In this document: positions 48,894 to 61,204 of the stretch, piece after piece | Layout: each line of letters begins with the position of its first letter | Numbering within the stretch: position 1 is the first letter of the stretch | Origin: Desulfatiglandales bacterium | GTDB lineage: Bacteria > Desulfobacterota > DSM-4660 > Desulfatiglandales > Desulfatiglandaceae | Direction of reading: 5' to 3' | Length of the DNA: 64,000 nucleotides | Assembly: GCA_963662465.1 (NCBI GenBank) | Contig: OY759599.1 | Coordinates: 2,880,001-2,944,000, forward strand | The notes under the pieces: generated by a model | Seen by the model: only the letters and a program-made list of their open reading frames with translations | What the model was told of the DNA's origin: nothing | Database searches by the model: none | Position numbers and translations under genes: made by a program

Positions 48894-51074
48894 ATGAAAC
48901 GTCACATTCTTACGGTGATGCTGATCATCATTGCGGGGATTCTCGCCTGGAAAACCATTGACGATCTCAAACCCCTGCCCCATGCGCTCAATTTTGAAAC
49001 AGGCAATGTACGCAAAGTACAGATCCTGGACCGGAACAGCATCCCCTTGACGGTGACCTATGAAAACCGCTGGAACATCCATGACCATGTGCCGCTTCAT
49101 GATATTCCGCTCCTGATTCAGCAGGCATTTGTGCTGTCCGAGGATCGATGTTTTTACCGCCACCACGGCGTGGACTGGGGAGCGCGCCTGATGGCGGCTT
49201 TTCAGAACATAAAATCCTTCCGGGCCGTTCGAGGGGCCAGTACCATCACCGAACAGGTGGTGCGCATGTGGCGCCCACGGCCCCGTACCCTGTGGTCCCG
49301 CTGGCTGGAGGGTTTTGAAGCAGCCCGGCTTGAAAAGGTGTTTTCAAAGTCGCAAATTCTGGAATGCTACCTCAACCAGGTTCCCTATGGGGCCCGGCGC
49401 CGGGGGGTGGTGCAGGCGGCCCGCTACTATTTTGACCGGGATCTGGATACCTTGAGCCTCAAGGAAATCCTGGCCCTGGCGGTCATGGTGCGGGCGCCGG
49501 GACGTCTGGATGTCCACAAAAACCCGGGCCTTCTTGAAAAACCCATTCTGCGGTTGGCGCAACAGCTCCTTATGCAAAACCTCATTGACAAACCCCGAAT
49601 GGCTCAGCTCCAAGAAACCCCACTTGAAGGACGACCCGGTTCATTTGCGGGAAATGCAGAGCATTTCGTACACCACCTCTTTGCCGCCACCCCCCCATCC
49701 ATCTTCGAACGCTTGCCTCGCGTTCGCACCACCTTGAACGCCCCCTTGCAGCAGGAAATTCAAGCCATCCTGGATCACAGGCTTCGGGATCTGAAACGCC
49801 GGAACGTTCAAAACGGCGCGGTGCTGGCGGTGGATCATCAAAAAAACGAAATCGTCGCATGGGTCAACGGCGGATCACTGGATGAGGTTCAGGAGAGCTG
49901 GATCGACGCCGTGGTCACACCCCGCCAACCGGGAAGCACCCTCAAGCCCTTTCTCTACGCCCTGGCGCTGGATAAGGGGTGGACCGCCGCCACCTTGGTG
50001 GAAGATCTACCTCTAGCGGCCTCCGTGGGCCATGGACTCCATACCTACCACAACTACAGCCATACCCATTACGGCCCCCTCCCCTTGCGCCACGCCCTTG
50101 GGAACTCCCTAAACACGCCTGCCGTGCGCACCATTCAGTTTGTAGGGGTTCATAATTTTCTGGCATGCCTTGGAAAGTTGGGCATCCACAGTCTGCATCG
50201 ACACCCGGATTACTATGGCGAAGGCCTGGCCCTGGGCAACGGTGAAATCACACTCCTGGAACTGGTCCACGCCTATACGGTGCTGGCCGACCGAGGCGTT
50301 TATCGTCCGTTAAAAACCATCATGGAAGACGAGGCCCGGACCCGCAACGACGCCTGGGTCTTTTCCCCGGAAACCGCCTCCCTCATCGGCAACATCCTGT
50401 CGGACCCCGACGCCCGGAGCCTGGAATTCGGGCTGGGAAGCCTGCTTCGATTTCCGGTCCAGACCGCCGTCAAAACAGGCACTTCCAGCGATTACCGGGA
50501 TGCCTGGGCCGTGGGGTATAATGATCGATTCACCGTGGGGGTGTGGGTGGGAAATCTGGACCATCAGGCCACGAGCGGCGTTACCGGGGCCACGGGAGCA
50601 GCCCTGATCCTCAGAAGCGTCTTTGCGGAACTCAACCGTAACCGACAAACACGGCCCCTTTATCTGAGCCCCCAACTCGTCAAAGCTGAAATCTGCCGGG
50701 AAACCGGCTTGCCCTCGGATGGGCGTTGCGTCGCCGTCAGCGAATGGTTTGTTCCCGGAACCGAACCCAATATCCCGCCGGCAGCCCGTCCCGTCCGTAA
50801 ACGGCCCTATCTTCAACGCCCCACCCAGGGCTTGCAACTGGCCATGGATCCGCGCATTCCCGATGACCATGAAGCCTTTCAATTCCGGATGGCCAACCTG
50901 CCTGAAAATGCCACGGTGGACTGGTACGTGGATGGTCAATTGTCCGCCACAACCCCCACCCGAAATTATCTGTGGCCCCTTTCCCGGGGCGCGCACCGAG
51001 CCATGGCCGGAGTATGGACGCCCGGCATTGCATCCCCTGAAGAAACGGTGGGCGTGAACTTCATGGTGAAATAA
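48894..51074 (+). CDS. pbpC: Penicillin-binding protein 1C
   Basis: EDRCFYRHHGVD, GASTITEQ, GSTLKPF, SLN, KTGTS, C-terminal BiPBP-like domain. Confidence 0.9.
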   Translation: MKRHILTVMLIIIAGILAWKTIDDLKPLPHALNFETGNVRKVQILDRNSIPLTVTYENRWNIHDHVPLHDIPLLIQQAFVLSEDRCFYRHHGVDWGARLMAAFQNIKSFRAVRGASTITEQVVRMWRPRPRTLWSRWLEGFEAARLEKVFSKSQILECYLNQVPYGARRRGVVQAARYYFDRDLDTLSLKEILALAVMVRAPGRLDVHKNPGLLEKPILRLAQQLLMQNLIDKPRMAQLQETPLEGRPGSFAGNAEHFVHHLFAATPPSIFERLPRVRTTLNAPLQQEIQAILDHRLRDLKRRNVQNGAVLAVDHQKNEIVAWVNGGSLDEVQESWIDAVVTPRQPGSTLKPFLYALALDKGWTAATLVEDLPLAASVGHGLHTYHNYSHTHYGPLPLRHALGNSLNTPAVRTIQFVGVHNFLACLGKLGIHSLHRHPDYYGEGLALGNGEITLLELVHAYTVLADRGVYRPLKTIMEDEARTRNDAWVFSPETASLIGNILSDPDARSLEFGLGSLLRFPVQTAVKTGTSSDYRDAWAVGYNDRFTVGVWVGNLDHQATSGVTGATGAALILRSVFAELNRNRQTRPLYLSPQLVKAEICRETGLPSDGRCVAVSEWFVPGTEPNIPPAARPVRKRPYLQRPTQGLQLAMDPRIPDDHEAFQFRMANLPENATVDWYVDGQLSATTPTRNYLWPLSRGAHRAMAGVWTPGIASPEETVGVNFMVK

Positions 51075-51213
51075 AATTTCAGGGAACCGTAATGCCTCCT
51101 GAAGCCGGGTTTCGTTGCAATCCTTTCCTGGAAAAATAATTCTTTATCCAGTATACTCCGTCTCTGGGTGAAAAACGTTCATACGTGCAGCGTGCCCGCC
51201 TCAATTCCGGGAG

Positions 51214-53979
51214 ATGGCCATGTTTCAATCCTTAAGATCAAGAATCCTGATCCTCGTAGTCGGTATCGTATTTGTAACCACCGCCGTTTTAACCTATCTT
51301 GTTCAGAAAGAAACATCTGGAGCATTGCTGATCGCACAGGAAGAAAACGCCCAAAACCTGCTGCATACGGTTTTTTTGAATGTGTTCAATCAATACCAGA
51401 GCATCATTTTCCACAAAGAAGCGATGCTGAAAAGACGAAAAGGGGAACTGAAAAATATCATCGAGATTGCCATGAAAGACGTTCGGTATTTTTACGATGA
51501 GTGTAAAGCGGGTCGCCTCGGGGAAAATGAAGCCAAGAACCTGGCACGGGAAGTCATTCGAAATTTTCGGTATGATCGGGATACCGGATATCTGTGGATT
51601 ACCGATACAAAACGGCCCTTGCCCAGAGTGGTTATGCACGGCTTCAATCGTGAACTCGACGGGAACATACCGGATGGTCCCGCCTTTTATCACACCAAGG
51701 GACACAGACACCATGTGGCGGCAATGGTGGATGTGGCACTGGAAAAAGGAAAGGGGTTTGTTGAATATCAGTGGGAAAAGCCTCAGCCGGACGGGTCCAC
51801 GGAACTGCACCCCAAGATTTCCTATGTGGAATATTTTAAACCATGGGATTGGATGGTCGGCACGGGCGTCTATATCGACGATATCGAAACCGAGGCAAAA
51901 ACACGGATTGAAGCCGTCATCGAAGAATTAAAGATTGGGTTGTCAAAAGTTAAAATTGCCGAGACCGGTTATGTCTTTATTATCGGCGGCGATAAAAGGA
52001 TGGTGATCCACCCCGCCATCCCCCGGGGAACCGATGTGAGCAAGGTCATCGATCCCGCCACGGGCGCCTATCTTTTGGACGAGATGGTCCATGCCTCAAA
52101 AACGCCTGAAAAAAGTTTGACTTATCAATGGCCGGCTTTCGAAAAGCCGGGCAATCCACTGGCATGGAAGAAAGGATATGTCCTCTACTTCGAACCGCTT
52201 GACTGGTATATCTGTTCCTCTACTTATGATTCTGAGATCAAAGCACCGGCGAAGCGCCTCACCGCCAAAATATTTCTCTTTTCAGGCCTCATGCTCATTG
52301 TGGCCGTTATCCTGTCCGTCCTGTTTTCCCGAAGCGTCATTAAACCGCTCCGAAGACTTTCCCTATCCGTTGAGGATATCGAAAAAAAGGGCGTGGGCAA
52401 TGTAGAAATCCCCATTGGCGGAACCATCGAGACGAAGAATCTTGGTCTGATTTTGAGGCACACCCTTGACACATTGCAACAATCCCAGCGTATGTTGCGT
52501 GAAAATGAGGAGAAACATCTGAATCATCTTGAAGGGTTGGTGAAAAAGAGAACGGTCGAACTGGAACAGGCCAAGGAATCCGCCGATATCGCCAACCGAG
52601 CGAAAAGCGAATTCCTGGCCAATATGTCTCACGAAATCCGGACCCCCATGAATGCCATTCTCGGATTCTCTGAAATCATGAAGGGAAAAGTTGTGGAGCC
52701 CTCTTTGTCCCATTATCTGGACTCCATTATTTCCAGCGGCAAATCCATGTTAAGCCTTATTGACGGCATTCTTGATCTCTCCAAAGTTGAAGCGGGAAAG
52801 CTGGAACTGGCCTATCAACCTTTTTCACCACGGCGCCTGTTTGACGAAATGAAAACCATCTTCAGCCATAAAATTCACGGCAAGGGCTTGACCTTTGACA
52901 TCGAATACCTGACGGCCGTTCCGGAAGCCCTGATTCTGGATGAAAACCGATTGCGACAGGTCTTGATCAATCTGATCGGCAACGCCGTTAAATTTACGGA
53001 CAAGGGCTTTATCAAGATCGGGGTTGAATTCCAGGGGCAGGATGAGCAGCGGGGTATGGTTGACTTTATTTTTTCCGTGAAAGACACGGGCATCGGCATT
53101 CCCGAAGAATATTCCCGATCCATATTCGGGGCCTTTTCCCAGGTCACCGGAAAAAAATATGATCATACGGGCGGAACGGGCCTCGGACTGGCCATTACCA
53201 AACGGTTAATAGAAATGATGGACGGCCATATCAGTGTTCACAGCAGCGTGGGCAAAGGCTCAATGTTTAAGGTCACATTAAAAGACGTGGAATTGTCCAC
53301 CGCTTCGGCCATGCGTCGGGAAAATCGGGAGGAAATTGGGTTTGAACGAATAGAATTTGAAAAAAGCACCCTTCTGGTGGTTGACGATATTTCCTTTAAT
53401 CGAGAAATCATTGCCGAGTATTTACGCGAATTTAACTTCGATTTGCTGGAAGCGGAAAATGGGGAAGAGGCCGTTGAAATGGCGCGCCGGCATCATCCGC
53501 AACTCATTTTGATGGATATGAAGATGCCGGTCATGGACGGATATGAAGCCACCGCCATCATCAAATCCGAAGAAAATTTGACTATTCCCATTATTGCCGT
53601 AACCGCTTCAGCCATGAAGGAAGATGAAGAGACCCTAAAGGCCCTGTGCGATGAATATCTGAAAAAACCGATCAGCCGAAAAGCCCTGGTATTAAAGATT
53701 ATGAAATTTCTACCCCACAGGGCAACCCCGTCCGGGCCGGGCAGGAGCGAAGAGGAGGACAAAGCCCCATTGATCCCTCCCCCGCCGGGAGAGCTCAAGG
53801 TATTGTATGACCTGGCCATGCGGGGCATTATGAATGACATCACGGCATATGCAAAGAGGCTTGACGAATTGGACCCCAAATATTATTCATTTGCTGAAAA
53901 GCTGCGGAAGCTGGCGGGTGGCTATAAAGATGCGGAGATTCTTGAACTGATCGAAACCTATATGGGTAAAGAGGCATGA
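51214..53979 (+). CDS. Cache-domain hybrid sensor histidine kinase
   Basis: TM-Cache-[32 protein letters not shown] domain (LMDMKMP). Confidence 0.92.
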   Translation: MAMFQSLRSRILILVVGIVFVTTAVLTYLVQKETSGALLIAQEENAQNLLHTVFLNVFNQYQSIIFHKEAMLKRRKGELKNIIEIAMKDVRYFYDECKAGRLGENEAKNLAREVIRNFRYDRDTGYLWITDTKRPLPRVVMHGFNRELDGNIPDGPAFYHTKGHRHHVAAMVDVALEKGKGFVEYQWEKPQPDGSTELHPKISYVEYFKPWDWMVGTGVYIDDIETEAKTRIEAVIEELKIGLSKVKIAETGYVFIIGGDKRMVIHPAIPRGTDVSKVIDPATGAYLLDEMVHASKTPEKSLTYQWPAFEKPGNPLAWKKGYVLYFEPLDWYICSSTYDSEIKAPAKRLTAKIFLFSGLMLIVAVILSVLFSRSVIKPLRRLSLSVEDIEKKGVGNVEIPIGGTIETKNLGLILRHTLDTLQQSQRMLRENEEKHLNHLEGLVKKRTVELEQAKESADIANRAKSEFLANMSHEIRTPMNAILGFSEIMKGKVVEPSLSHYLDSIISSGKSMLSLIDGILDLSKVEAGKLELAYQPFSPRRLFDEMKTIFSHKIHGKGLTFDIEYLTAVPEALILDENRLRQVLINLIGNAVKFTDKGFIKIGVEFQGQDEQRGMVDFIFSVKDTGIGIPEEYSRSIFGAFSQVTGKKYDHTGGTGLGLAITKRLIEMMDGHISVHSSVGKGSMFKVTLKDVELSTASAMRRENREEIGFERIEFEKSTLLVVDDISFNREIIAEYLREFNFDLLEAENGEEAVEMARRHHPQLILMDMKMPVMDGYEATAIIKSEENLTIPIIAVTASAMKEDEETLKALCDEYLKKPISRKALVLKIMKFLPHRATPSGPGRSEEEDKAPLIPPPPGELKVLYDLAMRGIMNDITAYAKRLDELDPKYYSFAEKLRKLAGGYKDAEILELIETYMGKEA

Positions 53980-56003
53980 CGGAAAACAAAAAGAGCGCCA
54001 CCGGTGTGGATGTATCAAAAAGCATTGTGCTGGTAGTGGACGACAATCCCGCCAATTTGGAGATTATCGCAAACTACCTGCAGGACCAGGGTCTTGAAGC
54101 CGCCATTGCCGGCAATGGGGAAATTGCCCTCAAACGGGTCAAGCATCTTCAGCCGGATCTTATCCTGCTGGATGTGCTGATGCCGGGTATCGACGGCTTT
54201 GAAACATGCCTCAAACTGAAAGCGGACGAAGACACCCAGGATATCCCGATCATTTTTATGACATCGTTGACGGACAACGAATACAGAACGCAGGGGTTTC
54301 TCGTGGGCGGCGTCGATTATATCGCCAAGCCCATTCATTATGAAGAAATGTACGCCAGGGTTAAAACCCATCTTGAAATCCGACAGTACCGGGAACGTCT
54401 GGAGGAAAAGGTGCTGAAAAGGACCGAGGAACTCCACCGACGCACCCGGGATCTGGAATCCGCCAATCAACAACTGAAACGGCACCATCATACCTTCATG
54501 ACGGTCCTGGACAGCATCGATGCCGCTGTTTATGTATCGGATATGGAAACCTATGAGATCCTCTTCATGAACCGGTGTCTCAAGGACCTCATAGGCGCTG
54601 ATCATACGGGGGAAACCTGCTGGAAAATTTTTCATGATGCCGAAGCACCCTGCGATTTTTGTATCAATCATCAACTGCACGATGCCCGAGGGACGGCCGC
54701 AGATGTTATCAGTCGGGAGCAAAAGGATTTAAAAACCAATCGATGGTTCATGAAATCCGACCGGGCCATTGAATGGATAGACGGTCGACAGGTCCATATA
54801 CACGTGGCCATGGATATTACAAAGGTCAAGGAACTGGAGAAAGAACGACTGCAAACGGAAATACTGCTGGCGCAATCGCAGAAAATGGAGGCCATCGGAA
54901 CACTGGCAGGCGGCATTGCCCATGATTTTAACAATATCCTCAGCCCCATCATCGGATATGTGGAGATGGTCATCCTCGACATGGGTGAGGACAACCCGTA
55001 CCGGGACAGGCTCCAAAAGGTTCTGACCGCCTCGAATCGCGCCAAGGATCTTGTCAAGCAGATCCTGAATTTCAGCCGTCAATCCGATCATGAGCCGATG
55101 CCGTTTCGGATTCAGCCAATTTTGAAGGAAGTCTTAAAGCTGATGAAGGCCACCCTGCCCGCAACCATTGAAATCAGGCAGAACATCGATGAATATTGCA
55201 GCGCGGTCGTCGCCGATCCCGCGAAAATACACCAGATTGCCATGAACCTGGTGACCAACGCCTATCATGCCATGGAGGATACCGGCGGCACATTGACGGT
55301 GGTCCTCGAAGAAAGAGATCTGAAAGCGACGGACGTGGCCGTTTTACCCATTGATGAAGGCGCCTATGTTTGCATAGCGGTTTCGGATACCGGTATGGGA
55401 ATAGAAAAAAATACCATGGACAGAATCTTCGACCCCTATTTCACGACCAAAGAGAAGGGGAAAGGAACCGGACTGGGCCTGGCGGTGGTCAACAACATTG
55501 TGAACCATTGCGGCGGCGCCGTTTCAGTGGACAGCACCCCGGGCAAAGGGTCCCGCTTCAGCGTGTTTTTGCCGGCCAAAGAACGGGCGGCTGAAAAGGA
55601 ATTACAGTGGGATAGCATGGAAATTAAGGGGGGCAGCGAATTCGTTCTGATTGTGGATGATGAGCCGGATGTCGTTGAATTGCAAAAAGAAATACTGAAA
55701 AACCTAGGCTATCGAGTGGAGGCCCGGACCGACAGCATGGCCACACTGGCATTATTTCGTGAAGATCCTGATCGGTACGATCTACTGATTACCGATATGA
55801 CCATGCCGGGGATAACCGGCGACAAACTGACCCGGGAGATTACCCGTATCCGGCCGGATATGCCCGTCATTATCTGTACCGGATTCAGCGAAAAGATTAA
55901 CCCTGAAAAAATAAAGGCCTTCGGCGCCCGGAAGCTGGTCATGAAACCGTTTGTCAAAAAAGAGTTTGCCGAGGCCATCCGAAGGGTGCTGGATGAGGAT
56001 TGA
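53976..56003 (+). CDS. REC-PAS-HK-REC hybrid kinase
   Basis: [39 protein letters not shown]; overlaps the upstream stop (ATGA). Confidence 0.92.
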   Translation: MTENKKSATGVDVSKSIVLVVDDNPANLEIIANYLQDQGLEAAIAGNGEIALKRVKHLQPDLILLDVLMPGIDGFETCLKLKADEDTQDIPIIFMTSLTDNEYRTQGFLVGGVDYIAKPIHYEEMYARVKTHLEIRQYRERLEEKVLKRTEELHRRTRDLESANQQLKRHHHTFMTVLDSIDAAVYVSDMETYEILFMNRCLKDLIGADHTGETCWKIFHDAEAPCDFCINHQLHDARGTAADVISREQKDLKTNRWFMKSDRAIEWIDGRQVHIHVAMDITKVKELEKERLQTEILLAQSQKMEAIGTLAGGIAHDFNNILSPIIGYVEMVILDMGEDNPYRDRLQKVLTASNRAKDLVKQILNFSRQSDHEPMPFRIQPILKEVLKLMKATLPATIEIRQNIDEYCSAVVADPAKIHQIAMNLVTNAYHAMEDTGGTLTVVLEERDLKATDVAVLPIDEGAYVCIAVSDTGMGIEKNTMDRIFDPYFTTKEKGKGTGLGLAVVNNIVNHCGGAVSVDSTPGKGSRFSVFLPAKERAAEKELQWDSMEIKGGSEFVLIVDDEPDVVELQKEILKNLGYRVEARTDSMATLALFREDPDRYDLLITDMTMPGITGDKLTREITRIRPDMPVIICTGFSEKINPEKIKAFGARKLVMKPFVKKEFAEAIRRVLDED

Positions 56004-56356
56004 AACCGATCCGTATTTATTTCATTGCATAATCTGCAAAATGGATTATAATTACAAACAATCAATTGAGTAAAAGTAAATTTCCCTTCAGGTTGTCCTC
56101 GTTAACCTCGTTGTTTTTCAAGCATCGTTTGTTACCGACGAAGTTCCTGCTGATCACTTAAACCGGAAAAACAATATGAATCTTTATGTCGAAAAGCGCT
56201 GTTACACCATCTTGGATTTCGGCAGAAGCAACCCGTGCAACGATAACCCGTTTTTGTCTGGATACCCCCAGGCTTCTAGTCGAGACATCAAATGATGCCT
56301 CGGCTCAATAACAAAGGGGTTCCCATGAGGAACCCATCACAAAGGAGTAGGATAAG

Positions 56357-56557
56357 ATGGCTGAAGGTACAGTGAAGTGGTTTAACGATTCAAAAGGTTT
56401 TGGTTTTATTGAACAGGATGGCGGAAAGGATGTATTTGTACACCATTCTGCAATTCAGGCCCAGGGCTTCAAATCCCTACAGGAAGGCGCAAGGGTGACT
56501 TTTGACATTGTGGACGGCCCCAAAGGGCCCGCGGCTGGAAATGTTGTTCAGCAGTAA
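56357..56557 (+). CDS. cspA: Cold-shock protein
   Basis: [33 protein letters not shown]. Confidence 0.97.
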   Translation: MAEGTVKWFNDSKGFGFIEQDGGKDVFVHHSAIQAQGFKSLQEGARVTFDIVDGPKGPAAGNVVQQ

Positions 56558-56575
56558 GAACTGATATCGAACATT

Positions 56576-56608
56576 AAAAAGACCCCGCACCCTGCGGGGT
56601 CTTTTTTT
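56576..56608 (+). terminator. Rho-independent terminator
   Basis: GACCCCGCA-CCC-TGCGGGGTC + T7. Confidence 0.85.
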
Positions 56609-56657
56609 ACCGCAGTGTCTTTTATGCTGAACACAAAGCATAAAGAAGGAGAACGTC

Positions 56658-56801
56658 TTGGCTAAACCGAACTATTCATTTGAAAAGCGCAAGAAAGAAA
56701 TGGCAAAGAAAAAAAAGAAAGAGGAAAAAAAGCAACGCAAGCTGGATAAACAGAATAGCACTGAAGGGGAAAAGGAAAACCAGCCTCTTCAGGAAGATTA
56801 A
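56658..56801 (+). CDS. 47-aa lysine-rich small protein (below the ORF-track cutoff)
   Basis: RBS AAGGAG, TTG start; MAKPNYSFEKRKKEMAKKKKKEEKKQRKLDKQNSTEGEKENQPLQED. Confidence 0.7.
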   Translation: MAKPNYSFEKRKKEMAKKKKKEEKKQRKLDKQNSTEGEKENQPLQED

Positions 56802-56886
56802 CCGCTTTAACCCCTTCTTTTTACAACCGACAATACACTATGCCATTGGGAGTCTCCTTAGTGGCTTTTATTTTGAGGATACAACC

Positions 56887-58512
56887 ATGATAACCGCATC
56901 CAATGTTGCACTCTCCTATGGCAAGAGGATCATCTTCAAGAACGTCAACATCAAGTTCACACCGGGTAACTGCTACGGCTTGATCGGGGCGAACGGCGCG
57001 GGCAAATCCACCTTTCTGAAGATCCTGGCAGGCCGGCTTGAGCCTGATCGGGGCGAGATAACCAAGGGGCCGGGACAACGCATCGCCATGCTTAGCCAGG
57101 ACCAGTTCGCCTTTGACGCGTACACCGTTTTCAATACCGTCGTCATCGGCCATAAAAAACTTTACAAGGTGATGGCCGAACGTGAGACCCTCTATGCCAA
57201 ATCTGATTTTACCGAGGAAGACGGCATCCGTTCCGGAGAGCTGGAAGCCAAATTTGGTGAAATGAACGGTTATGAGGCAGAAGCGGAGGCCGCCGTGCTG
57301 TTAAACGGCCTCGGCATCCCGGAAGGGATGCGTCAGAAAAAAATGAAGGATCTTGACGGCAGCGACAAGGTGCGGGTACTGCTGGCCCAGGCCCTGTTCG
57401 GTAACCCGGACATTCTGCTGTTGGACGAACCCACCAACCAGCTGGACCTGAAAACCATCGCCTGGTTGGAGAATTTTCTCTCCCGCTTCCAGAACACGGT
57501 GATCATCGTCTCCCATGACCGCCATTTCCTGAACCAGGTCTGCACTCACATGGCGGATATCGATTTCGGCAAAATCCAAATCTATGTGGGCAACTACGAC
57601 TTCTGGTATGAAGCCGGCCAGCTCCATTTCCGCCAGAAGGAGAGTGAAATCAAAAAGGTCAAAGCCAAAGCGGACCAGCTCAAGGAATTCATCCAACGCT
57701 TCAGTTCCAACGCCTCCAAAGCCAAACAGGCCACCTCACGGAAGAAGCTGCTTGAAAAGCTCACCATCGAGAACATGCCCATATCCTCTCGAAAATACCC
57801 CTACATCGTCTTCAATCCGGAACGGCCCTGTGGCGACGTCATTCTGGAGATCAACGGTCTTTCCAAAAAGATCGATGGGGTCTCCATGTTCGAGGATCTC
57901 AGCCTCATGGTCAACAAAGGCGACAAGATCGCCTTTGTCGGAACCAACAGCCTCGCAAAAACAACCCTGTTTCAAATTCTGGCCGGGGAACTGATGCCGG
58001 ACAAGGGGAGCTTCCGCTGGGGGGTCACCATCAAAAACGCCTACTTCCCGAAAGAGAACACTGCGTATTTCAATAATGAGTCTTTGGATCTTATCAGCTG
58101 GTTGCACCAGTTTGCACCTCCCAAGGAAGACGAGCGATTTGTTCGGGGATTCCTGGGCAAGATGCTTTTTTCCGGAGAAGAGGCCATGAAAAAGACATCC
58201 GTCCTCTCCGGTGGCGAACGGGTGCGCTGCATGCTCTCCAAAATGATGCTCGCCAACGCCAACGCCCTGATTCTCGATGAACCCACCAACCATCTCGACC
58301 TTGAGTCCATCACATCGTTGAACAACGCGCTGATGGCTTTTTCCGAAGTGCTGCTCTTCGCCTCCCATGACCATCAGGTGGTCTCCACTGTGGCGAACAG
58401 GGTTGTGGAAATCACGCCGGACGGCATCATCGACGTGATGATGGACTTTGACCAGTACCTGGCAATGAAGGAAGCAAGCCTGTCCGGCGAGAACCATTTC
58501 ATGCGCGCGTAA
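56887..58512 (+). CDS. ABC-F family ATPase (YbiT/YkpA-like)
   Basis: GANGAGKS, DEPTN, linker RFSSNASKAKQATSRKK, LSGGE; RBS GAGG before ATG 56887. Confidence 0.9.
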   Translation: MITASNVALSYGKRIIFKNVNIKFTPGNCYGLIGANGAGKSTFLKILAGRLEPDRGEITKGPGQRIAMLSQDQFAFDAYTVFNTVVIGHKKLYKVMAERETLYAKSDFTEEDGIRSGELEAKFGEMNGYEAEAEAAVLLNGLGIPEGMRQKKMKDLDGSDKVRVLLAQALFGNPDILLLDEPTNQLDLKTIAWLENFLSRFQNTVIIVSHDRHFLNQVCTHMADIDFGKIQIYVGNYDFWYEAGQLHFRQKESEIKKVKAKADQLKEFIQRFSSNASKAKQATSRKKLLEKLTIENMPISSRKYPYIVFNPERPCGDVILEINGLSKKIDGVSMFEDLSLMVNKGDKIAFVGTNSLAKTTLFQILAGELMPDKGSFRWGVTIKNAYFPKENTAYFNNESLDLISWLHQFAPPKEDERFVRGFLGKMLFSGEEAMKKTSVLSGGERVRCMLSKMMLANANALILDEPTNHLDLESITSLNNALMAFSEVLLFASHDHQVVSTVANRVVEITPDGIIDVMMDFDQYLAMKEASLSGENHFMRA

Positions 58513-58523
58513 GAGGAGAAACC

Positions 58524-59732
58524 GTGTCCATAAATCCCCATAACCTTTCAATAGACCTTCGCGGTGCAGGGAGTTTAACCATTGACGCCATTACCGGCGT
58601 TACGGATATGGTAGAATCACTGCACCATGCAATCACCCGTTTTTCATGGATACGCGGCGCACAGGATCGACATCGAACCAAAGGCATCACGGGACTGGTT
58701 TACCGGAACATCCGTACGGTTACCGGATGGGTGGGTATCAGCATCGATGTTCTGCTTGACCGCATTGGCGCGATGCTCCGAGAGAATGATGCCCCCCCCT
58801 CCCCCGGTCGTGAAGCCATTCTTTCCGCATTGAACGGCGTCCTGGGTGATCATCTTGTAGCCAGAAATAATCCCCTTGCCATTCCCATGCAGTTTCGCAA
58901 TGATGGAAAACCATTGAACGAACAAGCGCTTTTGGAGACCCTTTTGCAATCCAACGGCAGGCTCGCCATAATGATGCACGGATCATGCATGAATGATTTG
59001 CAGTGGAACCGGCAAGGACACGATCATGGCGCCTCCCTGGCCCGCGATCTGGGATTGATGCCGCTTTATGTTCATTACAATACCGGACTTCATATTTCCC
59101 TAAACGGCAGAAAATTTTCAGAGCTCCTTGAAACACTCATTGATCAATCGCCCGTACCCATAACGCTTTTCATCATCGCCCACAGCATGGGCGGGCTTGT
59201 TTCACGAAGTGCCTGCCATTACGGAAAAATATCCGGCCATACCTGGGTGAACCATCTTCGAAAACTCGTATTCCTGGGCACCCCCCATCACGGAGCGCCA
59301 TTGGAGAAAGGCGGCAACTGGATCGATAAGATCCTGGAAAAAAGTCCCTATAGCGCCCCTTTTTCGGCCCTGGGGAAAATCCGGAGCCGCGGCATCACGG
59401 ATCTGCGTTACGGCAATGTGGTGGACGATGATTGGAAAGGACGGGACCGATTCGATGTTAGAGGGGACCGGCGAATCCCCGTACCCCTACCCAAAAGCGT
59501 GCAATGTTATACCATCGCCGCAACCCTCCGAAAAAAATCAAACAAACTCGGTGATTACCTTATGGGAGACGGTCTCGTGCCGTTAAACAGCGCTTTGGGG
59601 CGTCATCAGAAGACTAAATTTAATCTTTTGTTCCCAGAAACCCATCAGTGGGTCGGTCGCAACATGAGTCATTTGGATCTTCTCAATCATCCGAAAGTAT
59701 ATGAAATCATGAAAGGATGGCTGAGTACCTAA
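58524..59732 (+). CDS. Alpha/beta hydrolase (PGAP1-like)
   Basis: AHSMGG, GTPHHGAPLE, GDGLVP, HLDLL. Confidence 0.85.
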   Translation: MSINPHNLSIDLRGAGSLTIDAITGVTDMVESLHHAITRFSWIRGAQDRHRTKGITGLVYRNIRTVTGWVGISIDVLLDRIGAMLRENDAPPSPGREAILSALNGVLGDHLVARNNPLAIPMQFRNDGKPLNEQALLETLLQSNGRLAIMMHGSCMNDLQWNRQGHDHGASLARDLGLMPLYVHYNTGLHISLNGRKFSELLETLIDQSPVPITLFIIAHSMGGLVSRSACHYGKISGHTWVNHLRKLVFLGTPHHGAPLEKGGNWIDKILEKSPYSAPFSALGKIRSRGITDLRYGNVVDDDWKGRDRFDVRGDRRIPVPLPKSVQCYTIAATLRKKSNKLGDYLMGDGLVPLNSALGRHQKTKFNLLFPETHQWVGRNMSHLDLLNHPKVYEIMKGWLST

Positions 59733-59762
59733 ACATCGGGCAGGGGGATCTCAAAACCGTTG

Positions 59763-61031
59763 ATGAAACATGCACATCAGCTTTTTTTTGGTTTGGCCTT
59801 TTTAATCCTCATTTACCTCTTTCCCACGGTCTGCCCGGCATCCTCACCACCCTCGCTGACGCCCGCGCAACAATATTCGGGAGAACTTCTGGCATATCTG
59901 CTGAAGGTGGTCCTAGGCCGGGAGGGTCAACCCGAGTCGAGAAAGAACTGGCGGGAAAGAGGGCTCAATGAAGCGCTCGACTTCGACCATATAGTCAAGG
60001 TCATGACGGATACGGGACAAAACCAGCTTGATTTCATGGTGCTGGACCCCAACATCCTGGACCTGAGCCAGGTCCTTTATTATTACGATGAAAAGCTGAG
60101 CCTCTATAAGGGGGACTACGGCATTACCAGCCTCTTTCCAGCGCCTGAAATCCCGGCCATTCGACTGTTTCTCCTGAAAAAGATTCACACGAAGGAAAAA
60201 ATTGATCTGGATGCATTCATTCGCCGGGAAAAAGAGCTGCTCGACGGGAATTACCAGGTGTCGCCGGATGACCTGGCCGCCACCCGTCTTTCATCCCGGG
60301 AGATGAAATTTTTGCGGGATATTTTTCAAAATGAACCGGGTTTTTATCGCTATTTAAACTACCCGTTCCTGTTAAAAGGCATTGCGGAAACCGGCATCCT
60401 GGCTCCCGGAAGCCTTGTTAAAGAAATCATTGAACGGGCCGATTACACCCCCTACAGAATCGATTTCAAGGAAAATATTAAAAATGAAAAAGCGGTTAAG
60501 ATTGCAGTTTTACCCGCCATGACCCAGGAGTTTCACTATGGGTGGCCTAACGGATCATTATCCGAATATGGTTTCAAACCCACCGATTTCCTGAAAGACA
60601 TATTCAATCAATTGAAAACGGAAATCCTTTCCCAAACCCAAAAAAGAATTAGAGAGATAATCGCGAAATCGCCATACCCGAAACTGACGGAATCGGCGTG
60701 GCGAAAGCTATGGGAGTACATTTTGGAAAAAGATATCGCTTTTGAGATGGAAGACAAAAGACCCCTTGTCATCTATCCGAAAAATGCATCACAGGTCATC
60801 CGCGAGATCTGTCCAAAAGCGGATTTCACGGTCATCCTTCTGGGCAAAAACATTTACCGCGCCATATACTTTGCGGCTGAAGATATCTGCCCTTCGGTAA
60901 ACCGGCTTTACATAGACATCTTTGATATCCAATACCATCAAGCGGAAGAGGAAATCGATCAAATCAGCCAGTTTATCTGTTCACGTCTCAGGCGCCGCTT
61001 AACGGCCCTGATGGACCGCTTGAACCCATAA
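59763..61031 (+). CDS. Exported hypothetical protein
   Basis: Long ORF with a signal-peptide-like N-terminus; no motif recognised. Confidence 0.65.
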   Translation: MKHAHQLFFGLAFLILIYLFPTVCPASSPPSLTPAQQYSGELLAYLLKVVLGREGQPESRKNWRERGLNEALDFDHIVKVMTDTGQNQLDFMVLDPNILDLSQVLYYYDEKLSLYKGDYGITSLFPAPEIPAIRLFLLKKIHTKEKIDLDAFIRREKELLDGNYQVSPDDLAATRLSSREMKFLRDIFQNEPGFYRYLNYPFLLKGIAETGILAPGSLVKEIIERADYTPYRIDFKENIKNEKAVKIAVLPAMTQEFHYGWPNGSLSEYGFKPTDFLKDIFNQLKTEILSQTQKRIREIIAKSPYPKLTESAWRKLWEYILEKDIAFEMEDKRPLVIYPKNASQVIREICPKADFTVILLGKNIYRAIYFAAEDICPSVNRLYIDIFDIQYHQAEEEIDQISQFICSRLRRRLTALMDRLNP

Positions 61032-61204
61032 AAAAAGGGCTCGTCGGACGAATACCCCCCCCACGATTCAGGGTTATCTTTGGAAAGTGGCGTTTAATTC
61101 CAGCAAGGGCCCTGCCCCAGACCCATTGCACGTTATTTTGTTGTCCGCGGGTTTGCTTCTGTGGTAGTAAGCGGGAAAATGCTTCCTCATGCGGGTAATT
61201 GATT

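Noticed and set aside
56680..56886. Long basic N-terminal extension of the ABC-F ORF
   Set aside because: The real start is probably ATG 56887 with its own RBS; the extension overlaps the 47-aa peptide encoded in another frame.
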